From the sequence record NC_041911.1: a DNA stretch of 64,000 bases; one strand, 5' to 3'. The notes below the pieces were generated by a model. It did not search any database. It was not told the DNA's origin and was given only the letters and a program-made list of their open reading frames with translations. Position 1 is the stretch's first letter. The number at the start of each line of letters is the position of its first letter. Below, in pieces: positions 20,179 to 30,008 of the stretch. Made by a program: the position numbers and the translations under genes.

Positions 20179-21513
20179 TTAGAACTCGACCACGAGACCC
20201 TTGCCGCGCAGTGCTTTGGCCAGCTGGTCTTTCTGAGTCTGTTCCAGACCAGAGCCGGATTCTGCCACAGCCTTGATGAAGCTGGTCACCAGATCCAGCA
20301 AGGCATTGCCTACAGCATTGATGGAGAGCACAGCATCAGCGCGTACTTTCCACAAGCGCAGAATGTCCTTACCGACGGCAGCGATGCGGCGATAGAGTGC
20401 GATGATCTTCTGGGCGTAGCTGTTACGCTTTTCTTCCGGCACGTCGTCCGGAATCATCTCCAGCACTTCTTCGATCTTCGTACCTTCGCTGAGCTGAACC
20501 ACGCTACCCACTACGCCAGTCAGGGTATCGATCTGGTTCTTGATGGACACGCGCGAGAAGTCATCAACAGCCTTCGCTACGTTCTGGAAGAGCTTGTCGA
20601 GCGACACGCCCTTGTCATCGCCGTATTCGTCCGAAGCCTGATCATTGATGACCATGCCTTTTTCGAATTCATCCAGCATCTGAGTGGCTTCGTCGATCTT
20701 GCCCAGCGCAATCATGAACTGCTCGCCGTTACGGGCTTGCATTGCCATCTGAGCAACCGCTTGTGCCTTTTGCAGGGCTTCGCTGATCGACTTGTTGGCA
20801 GAATCACTGAAGATGTCTTCCACCGTCACGATGCCCTTGGCCAGACGGAAGTGCGTGGGGTTGTCGTCCATCATCTTTTCGATGGCTTTAGCGCGTCGCG
20901 TCAGACCGTCGAATTGATTGGCCAGACCCGCTGCGAATTCCTTGGTGTCGCCATCCATGAAGCGAGCCACTTCAGCAGCGGCTTCTTCCGGGTTTTCCGG
21001 CAGCGAGGAAATGTACTGCATCCCGCTGAGGTTGCGGCGCTCGGCCAGGAAATCCTTGATGTCTTGGCCAATGTCCAGCGCTTCTGGTTTGGCGAATTTG
21101 GCTTTCATCCATTCCGCGAAACGTTTGAACAGATCACCCACGAACTTGCGGATCTGCTGGATCATTGCGATCAAGCGATCCTTCACGGCTGTACCAGCTT
21201 CGGCCAGACCTTCGAGCGACGGGCGATGCGTGAACACCGCATGACCGCCAGCCTTTTTCAGGAAGCCAGGAGAGAGCTTGTCCAGTTCGCGAGCAGTCGA
21301 CAGGCTGATGCCTTCGCAGGCGATACGGGAACCGATGGATTCCAGCGCTAGGGCAGCATCATCGAGCACATCGAGATCGTCCTGCAGCAGGAACTCGCCA
21401 GGCAGTTCCATATCGGCTTCTTCAGCCTCACTGGCTTTGTCTTCGCAGGAGAGCGGAACGTTGGTGATTTCCAGTTCCGGCTCGTCCTCAACGATGAGGA
21501 GTTTCAGCGACAT
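20179..21513 (-). CDS. Virion head protein (paralog family)
   Basis: ALES and SLEG motifs. N-terminal region is similar to 18660..20120 (ISLSTA.ELDKLSPGFL vs MSQSIATEAEALMPGFL). Confidence 0.6.
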   Translation of the reverse strand: MSLKLLIVEDEPELEITNVPLSCEDKASEAEEADMELPGEFLLQDDLDVLDDAALALESIGSRIACEGISLSTARELDKLSPGFLKKAGGHAVFTHRPSLEGLAEAGTAVKDRLIAMIQQIRKFVGDLFKRFAEWMKAKFAKPEALDIGQDIKDFLAERRNLSGMQYISSLPENPEEAAAEVARFMDGDTKEFAAGLANQFDGLTRRAKAIEKMMDDNPTHFRLAKGIVTVEDIFSDSANKSISEALQKAQAVAQMAMQARNGEQFMIALGKIDEATQMLDEFEKGMVINDQASDEYGDDKGVSLDKLFQNVAKAVDDFSRVSIKNQIDTLTGVVGSVVQLSEGTKIEEVLEMIPDDVPEEKRNSYAQKIIALYRRIAAVGKDILRLWKVRADAVLSINAVGNALLDLVTSFIKAVAESGSGLEQTQKDQLAKALRGKGLVVEF

Positions 21514-21523
21514 GGCCTACTCC

Positions 21524-21976
21524 TTACGCCGTGGCGAAGTTGTCGGCGATCACGTTGCAGATGTGGGTGTACACCGTGCCGATCGCTTGATTGTTCTTGT
21601 TGGCGAACTCGATCATCTCGGGCGAGAAGAACTTGGGTACGCCGAAGACCGAGCAGAAGAAGTCACCCGGCACTTGATCCATGCGTGGGCACTTGTGCAC
21701 GGCTTCGTAGCGCAGCAACCAGAAGCCGCGGGCGAAGTCCAGAGCCAGAGCAGTGTCGAGCACCGACACTTCGTTCAGCGCACTCACAACGCGCTTGGCG
21801 AACGGTTCTACCGTCATGCGGTAGTGGGTTTCTGCGTCGTCGACTTCCGAGGTCGGCAGAACGGAGTTGCAGGCGCAGGCATAGCCGATAGCGATAGCGG
21901 CGATGCGGTGACGCTCCTGGACCGGGCCAGAGAGCGACTGCATGACATTCACGAAGGGAAACAGTTTTGCGTTCAT
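21524..21976 (-). CDS. Hypothetical protein
   Basis: 150-aa ORF in an operon-like arrangement with phage-typical codon usage. Confidence 0.65.
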   Translation of the reverse strand: MNAKLFPFVNVMQSLSGPVQERHRIAAIAIGYACACNSVLPTSEVDDAETHYRMTVEPFAKRVVSALNEVSVLDTALALDFARGFWLLRYEAVHKCPRMDQVPGDFFCSVFGVPKFFSPEMIEFANKNNQAIGTVYTHICNVIADNFATA

Positions 21977-22036
21977 GGTGGAGAAGTTTCTCGTAATAGT
22001 GGTAGAAAAGACGAGGGCGCTCGGCCCTCGTTACTT

Positions 22037-23338
22037 TTATCGGAACTCGTGGTCACCGTCGCCGCGCTGACGGCCGGCGCCGAGCTGTGCAGCGCGAATG
22101 AACAGGTCATTGGCAGCAAGCGATTCGAGGCGGTCCGTGTATTCGCGGGAAGCACGGGCATCCATCTTACCGCGACGGAACATGTCGAGGAACTTTACGA
22201 CCATCGGCGGGCTGAAATCGCCATTGTACTTCTGGACGATCTCGTCAGTCAGCTCAATGCTCTCGACAGCCTCGGCAATCTCTTCCTTCGGCAGCCCGCT
22301 TTGCTTGAGCTTCTCCACAAACTGGTTGCGCATCTTCTTCGCTTCCTGTTTGAAGGTCGTGACATCAAGCTGATTGCCAGCGGCGTGAACGCCGGAGATG
22401 GTGATCAACGCACCCATCAAGAAGATGGGGATGCCAACTTCCGGAGCAATCGGGGCCGACAACAGGCCGAGCAGTGACCAACCGATGCCCAGCAGGATGC
22501 CGTAGCTCTTACTGTCGGATTGGAACTTCGAACGCATCGTGACGATGGCTCGCCCTGCGCCATGACGAGCAGCGAAGATGTCCGCCAGCTCTTCAGCGGT
22601 ATCCATCGAGAAGTAGCGCTTGTTGTCCATCAGACGCGGCTCAACCTGTACTGCAGTCACCAGCACACGGAAAGCTACTTCCGGATCAGTGCCATCTTGT
22701 ACAGCTTCCAGCCAATCGCGGCTCTCGACAGCCATGTCGTCGGCCGCCTTGGTCAGGATCAGCTTGACCTTCTTGTCGGCGTTGGCGTTGGTCAGCTCTT
22801 GCCAAGTACGTTGCAGCACCACGTTCACCACGATACTGTCGGCCAGGAATTGCAGGAAGGTGTAGGCGTGACCCGTTTCATGCAGAATCACCGAAGCGGC
22901 TTCTTCCGGCGTGAAAGTCGAGCCGAGCAAGAACGCCTCACCGATAAACATCCGGAAGGTGATCTCGGAGAAAGCACCGCCAACGCGGGAGTTGGCCGGA
23001 TCGATCCAGCCTTTCTTTTCCAGGTTGTAGAAGGAGAGCTTGTCCGCGTCGAAGTTCTTGTCGAGGAACTTGTTGAAGCTCATGCGGTTCAGGACGTTGC
23101 CGCGAGCCAGCCCTGGCACGACAACGAAGGCGTTATCACCTCCCGGCCAGAACTTGGTATTGGTAGTGATGCCGGTGTGGTCGGAAATGCACTTGTCAAT
23201 CCGCACACAAAACTTGGACATTGCATCTTCGCCCGAGCTACCGGAGGCCCGCAGGTCTTGGACGAGCAGTGTAAGGTCTTTGAAGAATGCACCGGTCTGG
23301 AAGGCGATGCTTTCGGTTCCGAGATTGAGGAGTTTCAT
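22037..23338 (-). CDS. Virion-associated protein with HExxH zincin motif and hydrophobic hairpin
   Basis: VILHETGH, downstream EELADIFA, then two hydrophobic stretches (YGILLGIGWSLLGLL..., IPIFLMGALITISGV). Confidence 0.6.
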   Translation of the reverse strand: MKLLNLGTESIAFQTGAFFKDLTLLVQDLRASGSSGEDAMSKFCVRIDKCISDHTGITTNTKFWPGGDNAFVVVPGLARGNVLNRMSFNKFLDKNFDADKLSFYNLEKKGWIDPANSRVGGAFSEITFRMFIGEAFLLGSTFTPEEAASVILHETGHAYTFLQFLADSIVVNVVLQRTWQELTNANADKKVKLILTKAADDMAVESRDWLEAVQDGTDPEVAFRVLVTAVQVEPRLMDNKRYFSMDTAEELADIFAARHGAGRAIVTMRSKFQSDSKSYGILLGIGWSLLGLLSAPIAPEVGIPIFLMGALITISGVHAAGNQLDVTTFKQEAKKMRNQFVEKLKQSGLPKEEIAEAVESIELTDEIVQKYNGDFSPPMVVKFLDMFRRGKMDARASREYTDRLESLAANDLFIRAAQLGAGRQRGDGDHEFR

Positions 23339-23523
23339 AAACTGTCAGCCATGAATTGTTGAAATAGACGCCGGCTACGAAGGTCCTCTGTGTAGAAAAA
23401 ACCTTCGAGTTTCATTCTTTTGAATAGCGGGCATATGGCCTGCGCTAACCATCACAAGAATACCTTACAAACTGCAGCGATTGTCATAGTAAAAGACATG
23501 TCGTTGCAGTATGAGTACACGAC

Positions 23524-25407
23524 ATGTCAACCAAAAAACCTAACTTTTCTCCTGAAGATATCTCCGGTGTCGAGTGTCGTCATGTGGTTTTCATTCCACC
23601 CATCAAAGATTCGAAGGATGACTATCACCTGATCAAAGAGGTTATCCACCTGAAAGACGGGCAGCGGGTTCCAAATGTTCGCATAGTGCGTAATTACAAG
23701 CGCAAGTTCTGGATCACTAAGGAAGGCTACCGTCGCCATAAGCAAAAGAAAGAATGGGAAGACATCAGCAAGCTGAAAGAGTACGAGTGCACGCAGTCTG
23801 AGTTGGTGGAGAAAGCAGCGAAGGCACTGGGGATGTTCAAGCCTCCTCGCTCTCTCAAACAGCTATCGCGCAGCCCGTACCTTTACGGCTCAGATATCCT
23901 GTCGACCTCAGTGATCAAGCAGGAAGTGTACCGTAACCGCTGGCCAGAACTGAACACTCCATCGTCCAGTGCTGCATCGGATACGGAAACCGATATGGTC
24001 CAGGGCCATGGTCGGATCATCATGCAGACCATCTCGATGAAAGAGAAAGTCTATACGGCTGTAGTGCGTGACTTTCTGAGAGGGGTCGGCGGTACAGATG
24101 CTGACAAGATCAAGCTGTGTCAAGAAGCTCTGATCAAGTACCTAGACATCGATGAACCTGTTCTGAAGAAGGACGGAACGCCGGAGATTGATAAGAAAAC
24201 CGGTAAGCCCAAGGTCACCAACGTCTATCGTGATCGGAAACTGGAATGGGAAATTGAGCTGGTTGAGAACGACGGCATGGTCGTTTACAACACGCTCAAG
24301 AAGGCTCATGAATGGCAACCTGACTTTATGACCTTCTGGAACATGGACTTCGACATTAAGAAGATGGAAGAGTCCCTGAAGTTCCACAAGATCCCGCTGG
24401 CTGACGCTTGGTCTGATCCTGCTGTTGCACCGGCTTATCGCTTCTATGAGTACAAGGAAGGTCAGAGCCAGAAAGTCACTGCTTCAGGTAAGGTCACTCC
24501 GATTGCTCCGCATGCTCGTTGGCATACCGTGATCACTCCGGCATCCTTCTACGTGATGGATGCAATGTGCGCCTACAAGCAGGTGCGTACGGGTAAACAG
24601 GAGGAGCGTGCTTATACTCTTGAGTTCATCCTGAACAAGCACTTGAAGCGTGGTAAGCTCAAGTTCACTGCAGCGGACGGATTGGCTAAGGCGGACTGGC
24701 ACGTCTTCATGCAGAAGAAGCACCCGATCGAGTACATCGTCTACAACGTCTTTGACTGCGTAGGTTTGGAGATGCTCGACGAGAAGACCAAAGACTTGTC
24801 CGTGTCAGTGCCTTCGGGTGCAGCTATGTCGGACTATTCCCGGTTCAACTCGCAGCCTCGTCGAGTGGTGGACAAACTCCACTACTTTGTGCAAGCGCGC
24901 GGCAAGATCATCGGGACTACTTCTGATGAAATGGCTACCGACTTCGATCAGGAGACGATTAGCCTCAAGAACTGGATCGTGATGCTACCAGCGCATTTGG
25001 TGGCGGACAACGGGCTGAAGATCATCAAAGAGTATCCGGATATCTGCAGTAACTTACGATTACACATCGGTGACTTGGACGTGTCTGCATCCTATCCGAA
25101 TGGTGAATCGGTCTTCAACATCTCCAAGGAGACGACGAAGAAGGAACTGATCTCGATTGAAGGGGTGTCGGAGAACGTACGACGGATGCAGGGTATCAAT
25201 CTGTCTGCTGGCGCGACTAATGCTGTTGAGTTCTGTACGGGTATGTTCCATATGCCGCAGATGACTCAGTGGCTGGAAGCTTACCGTCGCCAGGATGATC
25301 TGGTTCAAGTGGCTATGGATCTCCGTGATTGGGTTGACGATAGTGCAGCAACTGCTGATGCCGTTATCTCGATGCGGGAAGACGAAGACGAGAACGAGTA
25401 CGCCTAA
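23524..25407 (+). CDS. Split family-B DNA polymerase subunit (phiKZ gp82-like): exonuclease plus motif A
   Basis: Exo motifs DTETD, FWNMDFD and YNVFDC, and PolB region I DLDVSASYP. No C-terminal palm motifs, consistent with the split polymerase of this family. Confidence 0.85.
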   Translation: MSTKKPNFSPEDISGVECRHVVFIPPIKDSKDDYHLIKEVIHLKDGQRVPNVRIVRNYKRKFWITKEGYRRHKQKKEWEDISKLKEYECTQSELVEKAAKALGMFKPPRSLKQLSRSPYLYGSDILSTSVIKQEVYRNRWPELNTPSSSAASDTETDMVQGHGRIIMQTISMKEKVYTAVVRDFLRGVGGTDADKIKLCQEALIKYLDIDEPVLKKDGTPEIDKKTGKPKVTNVYRDRKLEWEIELVENDGMVVYNTLKKAHEWQPDFMTFWNMDFDIKKMEESLKFHKIPLADAWSDPAVAPAYRFYEYKEGQSQKVTASGKVTPIAPHARWHTVITPASFYVMDAMCAYKQVRTGKQEERAYTLEFILNKHLKRGKLKFTAADGLAKADWHVFMQKKHPIEYIVYNVFDCVGLEMLDEKTKDLSVSVPSGAAMSDYSRFNSQPRRVVDKLHYFVQARGKIIGTTSDEMATDFDQETISLKNWIVMLPAHLVADNGLKIIKEYPDICSNLRLHIGDLDVSASYPNGESVFNISKETTKKELISIEGVSENVRRMQGINLSAGATNAVEFCTGMFHMPQMTQWLEAYRRQDDLVQVAMDLRDWVDDSAATADAVISMREDEDENEYA

Positions 25408-25417
25408 TAGCAGCATA

Positions 25418-25447
25418 AAAGAGGAGGGGGCAACCTCTCCTCTTTTT
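25418..25447 (+). terminator. Intrinsic terminator after the DNA polymerase gene
   Basis: AGAGGAGG...CCTCTCCTCT stem followed by TTTTT. CAGCATAA at 25411. Confidence 0.7.
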
Positions 25448-25478
25448 ATATCATCAACATATTTCTAGAAAGTTAACC

Positions 25479-25976
25479 ATGCGCAACATCATTATCTTTG
25501 GTCACAAACAGCACGGTAAGGATACGGCTTGTGAATATCTGGAAGCAAAGTTTGGTGTGAGCTTTGCTTCATCTTCTCGTTTTGCTCTGGATCTTTTCTT
25601 ATTTGAAAAGATGTGCGATGAGTCGTTTGGTTACGAAACGCCTGAAGAATGTTTCAGTGACCGGGTGAACCATCGTAAATACTGGTATGAGGCAATTCGG
25701 GATTACAACACTCCGAATAAGACACGACTGGGCGGGAAACTGTTTGCCGAATACGATGTCTACTGCGGCATCCGTGACCTAGAAGAGTTCCGCGCGCTCA
25801 AAGCTGCTGGATTGGTTAATCTAGCTATTTTCATTGATGCCAGCGGTCGTCTGGAAAAGGAAGACTCTGAATCCATGAAACTGGATATCGAAGATGCCGA
25901 TATCGTTATTACCAATAACGGTACGCTGGAACAGTTCTACGAGAAACTGGATAAGCTCTTCACGCAGCTGCTGTGA
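25479..25976 (+). CDS. Deoxynucleoside monophosphate kinase-like P-loop protein
   Basis: N-terminal IIIFGHKQHGKDT Walker A variant, then DVYCGIRD..E and a C-terminal ADIVITNNGTLEQF, as in phage dNMP kinases. Confidence 0.75.
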   Translation: MRNIIIFGHKQHGKDTACEYLEAKFGVSFASSSRFALDLFLFEKMCDESFGYETPEECFSDRVNHRKYWYEAIRDYNTPNKTRLGGKLFAEYDVYCGIRDLEEFRALKAAGLVNLAIFIDASGRLEKEDSESMKLDIEDADIVITNNGTLEQFYEKLDKLFTQLL

Positions 25977-25992
25977 ACATAAGCGACATAAC

Positions 25993-26016
25993 GGAGAGAG
26001 GGGAGACCCTCTCTCC
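25993..26016. terminator. Bidirectional terminator
   Basis: GGAGAGAGGG-GAGA-CCCTCTCTCC between convergent genes. TTATGCCG at 26019. Confidence 0.8.
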
Positions 26017-26034
26017 TATTATGCCGTTGTTTGT

Positions 26035-26397
26035 TTACGTACGTGCTTCGCCGTGATACGGTTTAGCCAACCCTTGCTCGATCAACTGATCGTTGATGCT
26101 CTTAGCCGTGTTGGGTAGGAAGACAGTCGCCAGATAGCGACCGTACTTCTCTTGTTTGTCCTGCACTGTCTGTACCACGACAGCTGTACCCACAGGCAGT
26201 GTCTTCTCCACCCATGCCTTGGATGTTTTGCCTGCGTCGGTGTTCTTTTCCGGCGCATTAATGCCATCCAGACGGCACCGCATGTTGATACTGATGTCGC
26301 AGCCCAGATCTACTTGCAGATCCACGGTATCGCCGTCCACAACGCCGTTAACCTTGGCATTGCGGACATACGTTTCTTTCGGTTTGGCTTTTGCCAA
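26035..26397 (-). CDS. Staphylococcal nuclease (thermonuclease)-like protein
   Basis: VVDGDTV, RLDGINAPE, EKYGRYLATV and N.QLIEQGLA are SNase motifs. TTG start with AAGGAG RBS. No signal peptide. Confidence 0.9.
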   Translation of the reverse strand: MAKAKPKETYVRNAKVNGVVDGDTVDLQVDLGCDISINMRCRLDGINAPEKNTDAGKTSKAWVEKTLPVGTAVVVQTVQDKQEKYGRYLATVFLPNTAKSINDQLIEQGLAKPYHGEART

Positions 26398-26611
26398 GAT
26401 ACTCTCCTTAGATAATACTCATTACGGCATAAAATTCTCATAGCAGCATAAAAGTCAGGGATTGCTCCCCGACCTCTATGTGCTTCAGTTCATCAACTCA
26501 CCCCGCTCTCAGAACCTCCCCGGCTAAGAGAAGCCCACGAATGTAAACCAGGTGGAGGACATCTTAACGTGGTTGCCGTTTCGCGCGTAGCCGATATACT
26601 GATAGCATAAA

Positions 26612-26631
26612 AGGCTGGGTTTCCCCAGCCT
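26612..26631 (-). terminator. Intrinsic terminator
   Basis: AGGCTGGG-GAAA-CCCAGCCT followed by TTTATG on the - strand. Confidence 0.75.
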
Positions 26632-26639
26632 CTTACTTT

Positions 26640-26916
26640 GTGCCCGGACGGTGTTCTCTCCTAAGCGAGGTACTATGCGTCCGCATTCGAATTGTAGAAG
26701 AAAGCACTGTGTCTCCCGACATGAGTGCAGTCTTGTGGTCACTACTGGCCTAGTGCTAAAAATAGAAGTGCTTTTCCGAGGTCTCAATGACTCACGGATG
26801 TTTCGCCAATGCAGTTCGGCCGTGCAGAGTTCTCATGCCCAAGGGCCTGTGCTGTGTCCCCGCGATGGGGTTTAATCAGCCGTGTACGACGTTTGAGAAC
26901 TGTGCTTCGTTTCCAC
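26640..26916 (-). ncRNA. Candidate structured non-coding RNA
   Basis: No convincing CDS. Nested inverted repeats GCAGAGTTCTCA/TGAGAACTGTGC, GAAAGCACT/AGTGCTTT and CGGACG/CGTCCG. Starts at TTATG (26916-26920) and ends at the hairpin 26612-26631. Strand inferred. Confidence 0.4.
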
Positions 26917-26937
26917 ATAACATAGGGTGCTACCCTG

Positions 26938-27378
26938 TTATTTTTTACCCTGACTACTCTTGATCTCATTCATCAGCGCTTCGATCTCTTGATTCTGAGC
27001 CGGTGTGCGCTTATCCAGTATCTCCAACATCAAGTCGCAGACATACGTTGGTTGATTAATGAAATCAGTCCAAGACAGGTGGAAGTGCTGCCCGATGCGT
27101 GCATCGAGATATGCTTCCATACGCTCGCGCAAGCGAGAGGCAACAATCGTGTCTTCGCACCAGTGATGTCTCACCAGCGCGAAGTGATCATTAACCCCTT
27201 GGTGGTTGTAAATCCCATACGCCTGCTCATACCGCTCACGCAAGAGGATCTGCACGTCGGTACTCACGAAGCGCTTGGGCACTTTCGAGATGTCTTCCGT
27301 GTGATCCTCAATGCGAACTCCGTAGCCGAACTTCCAGTCTCCCACATGGGAGACTGAATTGATTTCGGCATCGGTCAT
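26938..27378 (-). CDS. Conserved hypothetical protein
   Basis: 146 aa, translationally coupled to the upstream gene (TGATG overlap at 27378). Confidence 0.7.
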   Translation of the reverse strand: MTDAEINSVSHVGDWKFGYGVRIEDHTEDISKVPKRFVSTDVQILLRERYEQAYGIYNHQGVNDHFALVRHHWCEDTIVASRLRERMEAYLDARIGQHFHLSWTDFINQPTYVCDLMLEILDKRTPAQNQEIEALMNEIKSSQGKK

Positions 27379-29024
27379 CAGCGGCGGCTGATGATAGCGA
27401 CGCGCTGCGCGAGTAGGGTAAAAAAAGTGTTCACCACATCGATCGGGATCAGGTGCGGGAAGCGCGGCAGGCCGATTTCCTTACCGCTGGTTTCCGGGAT
27501 CGCAACCAAGGCGCGAGTGCAATCGTCCTTGAATTTGTTGATCTCGGTTTCCAACAGCTTGGTAGCGTCTTCATCGACGGAGAGCACGTCCAGAATGCTT
27601 GCGATGTCATCGCGGTTCGTGTTCTCGGTTTCATCGATGATCACCGACTTGATCCAGGCGCCGTTATTGCGCAGGCGGGAAGCCCGGGCGTGCGTCGAGA
27701 TCATGCGGTTACGCTCTTCCTGGGTCGGTACGGCTTGGGTGAACGTAGAGTCCACCGTGGCCACGATACCGGCAATCCAGTTCTCACCGTCGGCGATGTA
27801 GTTGTCGACGTCGGTCGAAGCAATCAGCACGTCCAGACCTTCACGGATCGTAACGCGACGGCCATCGGCCAGCGACGGAATGAACGTCTGCTGATATTCC
27901 TTCACCATCTCCATGGACATCTTGCCGCGATGACGGTTGGCCATGTGGGCACGATGGCGCGGTTCGAAGCTGGCGTTGTCCACCCACATCAGCTTACCGA
28001 GAGCGATCTTGGCCGAGACGGTTTGGGTGTTCTCGATCCCTTCCTGGGTAGTCAGGGAACGCACGTAGTCGAAACCACGCGGCCAGATCAAACAAGCCAG
28101 ACCCCAGAACAGGATGTTCAGGTCTTGGATCTTGATCAGCGGACGCAGTTCCTGATGGCTGTCCACACGCACCGAGGTCTCGTAGATGTGCTCGAAGCAG
28201 AAGTCGAGCAGCCACGAGTTGATGTAGCTCTGTTCGTTGGAGAACACCAGGCCAAAGGTCTCACGACCCAGCTCGATCTTCTCTTCTTGCAGACGACGCT
28301 GCAATTCAATCAGGCTGCTCTCGGTCGGAGTCTGGAGGGTAATCCAGAAACCGGAGTGCCAGAGCGGAATCGATACGATACCGCCCAGACCCATGATCGA
28401 GCGGACGCGCATGATGCCCTTCTCGCCGGTGTAACCAGCCGCGCCTGCTTCAGCAATCTTCGGCACAGAGAAGCCGAGCTTACCCGATTCCGTTTCGAGG
28501 AACTGCTTGTAGTCGGAACCATCACGCAGGGTGGTGGATTCGAATCGACCGTCCAGATAAGCACTGCGGCTAGCTGCAGCCACGATACTCTGGTTCCAGT
28601 CGGCGCCAGCGCCGTTCTTGATCGAGTTGGGCGAGACAAAGGCCCGGATGCGCTCGTCAACAGCAGCACCGCGCTCGGCCAGGAAGAACATCACTTCGGA
28701 ATTGCCGTCGAGGTCGTTGCGATCTTTCAGCGCCACCGGTTCCTTGAGGTTGTAATCCATCGTCAGGGTAACGTGCTTGTTATCCGACGGGCCAGTGGTC
28801 ATGCCTTCCCAGGCATCGGTAGGAGTTACCAGGCTGAGACCGCCAGAGGTCTGGCCGACCATAACCGGACGTTCCTTCGGCGCCGCTGCGGCAGGAGTGG
28901 GAGTCGCAGCAGCTTGAGTCAGACTCGGAGCGACTGCTTCGGTAATTACAGGCTCCGGAGAGGCCGGAGCAGAAGAAGTGGCTTGCGCCACCTCCCCTTG
29001 TTCGAGTTGTTGGTTGTCGTTCAT
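27378..29024 (-). CDS. Conserved phiKZ-like hypothetical protein, possibly baseplate hub/assembly
   Basis: Likely start MNDNQQ at 29024, just after the upstream stop at 29038. Pro/Ala-rich N-terminus. Function is a weak guess. Confidence 0.55.
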   Translation of the reverse strand: MNDNQQLEQGEVAQATSSAPASPEPVITEAVAPSLTQAAATPTPAAAAPKERPVMVGQTSGGLSLVTPTDAWEGMTTGPSDNKHVTLTMDYNLKEPVALKDRNDLDGNSEVMFFLAERGAAVDERIRAFVSPNSIKNGAGADWNQSIVAAASRSAYLDGRFESTTLRDGSDYKQFLETESGKLGFSVPKIAEAGAAGYTGEKGIMRVRSIMGLGGIVSIPLWHSGFWITLQTPTESSLIELQRRLQEEKIELGRETFGLVFSNEQSYINSWLLDFCFEHIYETSVRVDSHQELRPLIKIQDLNILFWGLACLIWPRGFDYVRSLTTQEGIENTQTVSAKIALGKLMWVDNASFEPRHRAHMANRHRGKMSMEMVKEYQQTFIPSLADGRRVTIREGLDVLIASTDVDNYIADGENWIAGIVATVDSTFTQAVPTQEERNRMISTHARASRLRNNGAWIKSVIIDETENTNRDDIASILDVLSVDEDATKLLETEINKFKDDCTRALVAIPETSGKEIGLPRFPHLIPIDVVNTFFTLLAQRVAIISRR

Positions 29025-29037
29025 CTTCGGTTTCCGT

Positions 29038-29829
29038 TTACGCGGCGACTTCTTCGGCCTGCGGAGCGGCCTCGGTCGGGGTCTCGACAGCTTCAGCGCC
29101 AGTGACTTCGTGCACAATGGTGCGGATCGAGTTCAGGTTTTCCTGGAGCTTCTGGTTCAGCTCGGCCGCCAGTTCCGGGTTGACGTGCTGCAGTTCGATC
29201 AGCGCTTCTTGCAACTGTTCGGAAGCGTGCACGACCAGCGGCATCAGAGCGCTGTCGTAACGTTCCATGAAGTTCACGTAGTCGGAGAAGATGGCGCAGG
29301 ACTCCATCATCTCCGGCTGGCTCTTCGAGCCGCCTTCCTTGTCCTTGTGACCTTCCTTGATCTTGGCCAACTCTTTGGCCAGCGCCAGCGTGTCGCGATT
29401 GATGGCACTGACGTTACGAGCGAGCAGGTTCACGTTACGAACGTGGGAGAGCAGCTCTTGCTCTTTCAGCAGCGGCACCAGCGCCAGCGAGGTGCGCAGC
29501 AGGTCCACGCAGGCCAGATAGATGCCATTGACTTCGTCCCAGGCCTTGTTATCAGAGAAGTATTGGTCAGCGTGCTTCTGCCAGCTACGCTTCTCACCCT
29601 TCTTGGTTTTAGCGTGACCACCCACGGGAGTAGCGACAGCCGCAGCAGCGGCATCGGCCAGCATCTTGCGAGCACGCGGATTCGGTACGGCTTGTGCGGC
29701 GGTCAGCACCTGACCCATCGTGGCCACAGCCGCGACAGCATTCGATTGATGCTGCAGCTCCTTGAGCTGTGCAGCCTTCGTCTTGGGCCACTTGATGCCC
29801 GGATTCTTCGGTTTGTGTTTCTTAGCCAT
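29038..29829 (-). CDS. Hypothetical helical protein with basic N-terminus
   Basis: 263 aa, Lys-rich start, coiled-coil-like C-terminal half. Confidence 0.7.
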   Translation of the reverse strand: MAKKHKPKNPGIKWPKTKAAQLKELQHQSNAVAAVATMGQVLTAAQAVPNPRARKMLADAAAAAVATPVGGHAKTKKGEKRSWQKHADQYFSDNKAWDEVNGIYLACVDLLRTSLALVPLLKEQELLSHVRNVNLLARNVSAINRDTLALAKELAKIKEGHKDKEGGSKSQPEMMESCAIFSDYVNFMERYDSALMPLVVHASEQLQEALIELQHVNPELAAELNQKLQENLNSIRTIVHEVTGAEAVETPTEAAPQAEEVAA

Positions 29830-30008
29830 GATGGTATTTGATAATTCGGGAAGTTGATGGGAACATGTAATGAGGCGAATCTTTTGAAACGTCTTTTGAA
29901 GACGCCGCCATTACCGCACTACAGAATGTTCAAGGCGAGGTAAATAAATACATGCAAACTATTTACCGTAGTTTTGTGCACCTATACAAAGAGATGAGGA
30001 TGTAAGAA

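Noticed and set aside
26480-26600. Hammerhead or HDV-like ribozyme
   Set aside because: No complete CUGANGA plus GAAA core with correct flanking stems, and no nested double pseudoknot could be traced by eye.
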